NCBI RefSeq assembly: GCF_001194135.2
Contig: NC_068982.1
Coordinates: forward strand, 106,633,257 to 106,682,156
Direction: 5' to 3'
Source of the DNA: Octopus bimaculoides
Taxonomy: Eukaryota
Length of the DNA stretch: 48,900 nucleotides
Positions 47,580-48,900 of this stretch are shown piece after piece. The notes beneath the pieces were generated by a model that searched no databases, had not been told where the DNA came from, and saw only the letters and a list, made by a program, of their open reading frames with translations. The first letter of the stretch is position 1. Each line of letters begins with the position of its first letter. Both the position numbers and the translations under genes were made by a program.

Positions 47580-47586
47580 AGAAGGA

Positions 47587-47650
<64 letters not shown>

Positions 47651-47654
47651 ACGA

Positions 47655-47686
<32 letters not shown>

Positions 47687-47688
47687 AG
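47580..47688 (+). repeat. (GAAA)n microsatellite
   Basis: Directly visible. Confidence 0.98.
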
Positions 47689-48140
47689 TACAATAAATCT
47701 TGTCAATAAACTCTTCGTTGAATGTTTCTTGCCAATTGTTTGTGTTCCCTTTTCCTACAATGTCAGCATATGCTATATTTATCTATTTTCTTACTATGTA
47801 TGTGTGTGTGTGTGTTATCTCTATGATGGTAAATAATATGAGACTCTAAATGTAAGAAATGCCATAGTGATATAAAAGGTTGTTACGATGATATTAAAAA
47901 GAAATATTAAATTAAAAATTTTATCTAAATACGGAACTTAAAAGGTAAGAGTCTTTTCATAGATCATCTCATAATCCACCTGGACACATCATCGATTTTG
48001 TTACCTTGGACTAATGAGCGTATCGGGATTTTCCCTAATCAGACACCCTCACCCAGATGACCCAGCTAGAGTTGATCAATCCCAGGCAACCCCAGAAAAC
48101 TCTATGTTCTCCAAGGTTCGCACCCAAGAATTATAAATAT

Positions 48141-48588
48141 AATATTGACTTCAAATTTTGGCACAAGGCCAGCAAGTTCGAGGGAGTGGATAAGTCGATT
48201 ACATCTACCCCAGCGGGCAACTGGTACTTATTTTATCAACCTCGAAAGGATAAAAGGCAAAGTCGACTTCAACGGAATTTTAACTCAGAACGTAAGGACG
48301 GGCGAAAGGCCGTTAACTCATTTTGCCTCGCATACTAACGATTCTACCATTAATTTTAAATATAATATTCCTTTCAACTACAGGCACAAGGCGTGAAATT
48401 TCGGGAAATGGGGAGAGGATAGTCGATTACATCGACCCAAGTGGTCAACTGGTACTTATTTCATCGACCCCGAAAGGGATGAAAGGCAAAGTCAACCACG
48501 GCGGAATTTGAATTCAGAACGTAAAAACGGACGAAATGCCGCGAAGCATTTTACCCTGCGTGTTAACGATTCTCCCAGGGCGCTGCCT
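48141..48588 (-). mobile_element. Two tandem SINE family B copies with different tails
   Basis: 48141-48349 and 48364-48588 each carry AACTGGTACTTATTT.ATC.ACC.CGAAAGG and AAAGGCAAAGTC.AC...GGAATTT.AA.TCAGAACGTAA. Confidence 0.93.
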
Positions 48589-48900
48589 CAATTTTAAATA
48601 CTAGGCAGAAAGACCACTCTGCGGGCGATTTTCTGCTAGCCACTTGATAATATTTTCACATTTGATTCCCAATTCTAATAATTTTTATATTTTACGTCTG
48701 ATTATTTCTTTATATAATAGTGCTCACTTGCATAGTAAATATTACTTTCATTATTTTATCAGTCATAATTTCTCTCTCCTAAACAAACATCACGGTAGTC
48801 CGACAACAGGGGGAGAAGCAATTTGTCAAGTTTTACCTTCCCCTCAAAGCAACATAAAGATTGCAATTCAGCAGCCCATCTGTATGCTTTGCAGTGTGTG

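Overview
AT-rich animal genomic DNA from a gapped draft assembly, with about ten N-runs. The SINE families and microsatellite load are those I associate with octopus (Cephalopoda); this is recognition from memory, not a search result. No intact protein-coding gene, RNA gene or CRISPR array is recognisable, so the window is intronic or intergenic. Almost all long ORFs in the track are N-gap or microsatellite artefacts. The real content is a transposon graveyard. (i) At least 16 fragments of non-LTR retrotransposons with a C-terminal restriction-like endonuclease (R4/Dong-like) fall into two lineages. One is anchored on (AAT)n and forms a same-strand train of seven pieces at 16.5-24.0 kb. The other is anchored on (CATA)n and forms a head-to-tail train at 36.3-39.3 kb, including an internally deleted copy with (CATA)n on both sides. 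(ii) Four tRNA-derived SINE families. (iii) A non-autonomous DNA transposon with GG...CC TIRs and a perfect 8-bp TSD (Merlin-like), a ~220-bp foldback, and a Tc1 transposase fragment. (iv) Many micro- and minisatellites. The most notable signals are: apparent (CATA)n microsatellite targeting by an RLE LINE; recurrent tail-to-tail LINE/SINE junctions on shared (AAT)n; a covarying 3'UTR stem-loop; a twin-priming-like inversion; and a perfect RFX X-box in a unique island at 11.45 kb. All translations and alignments were done by eye, and most coordinates of degenerate elements are approximate (about +/-20 nt).
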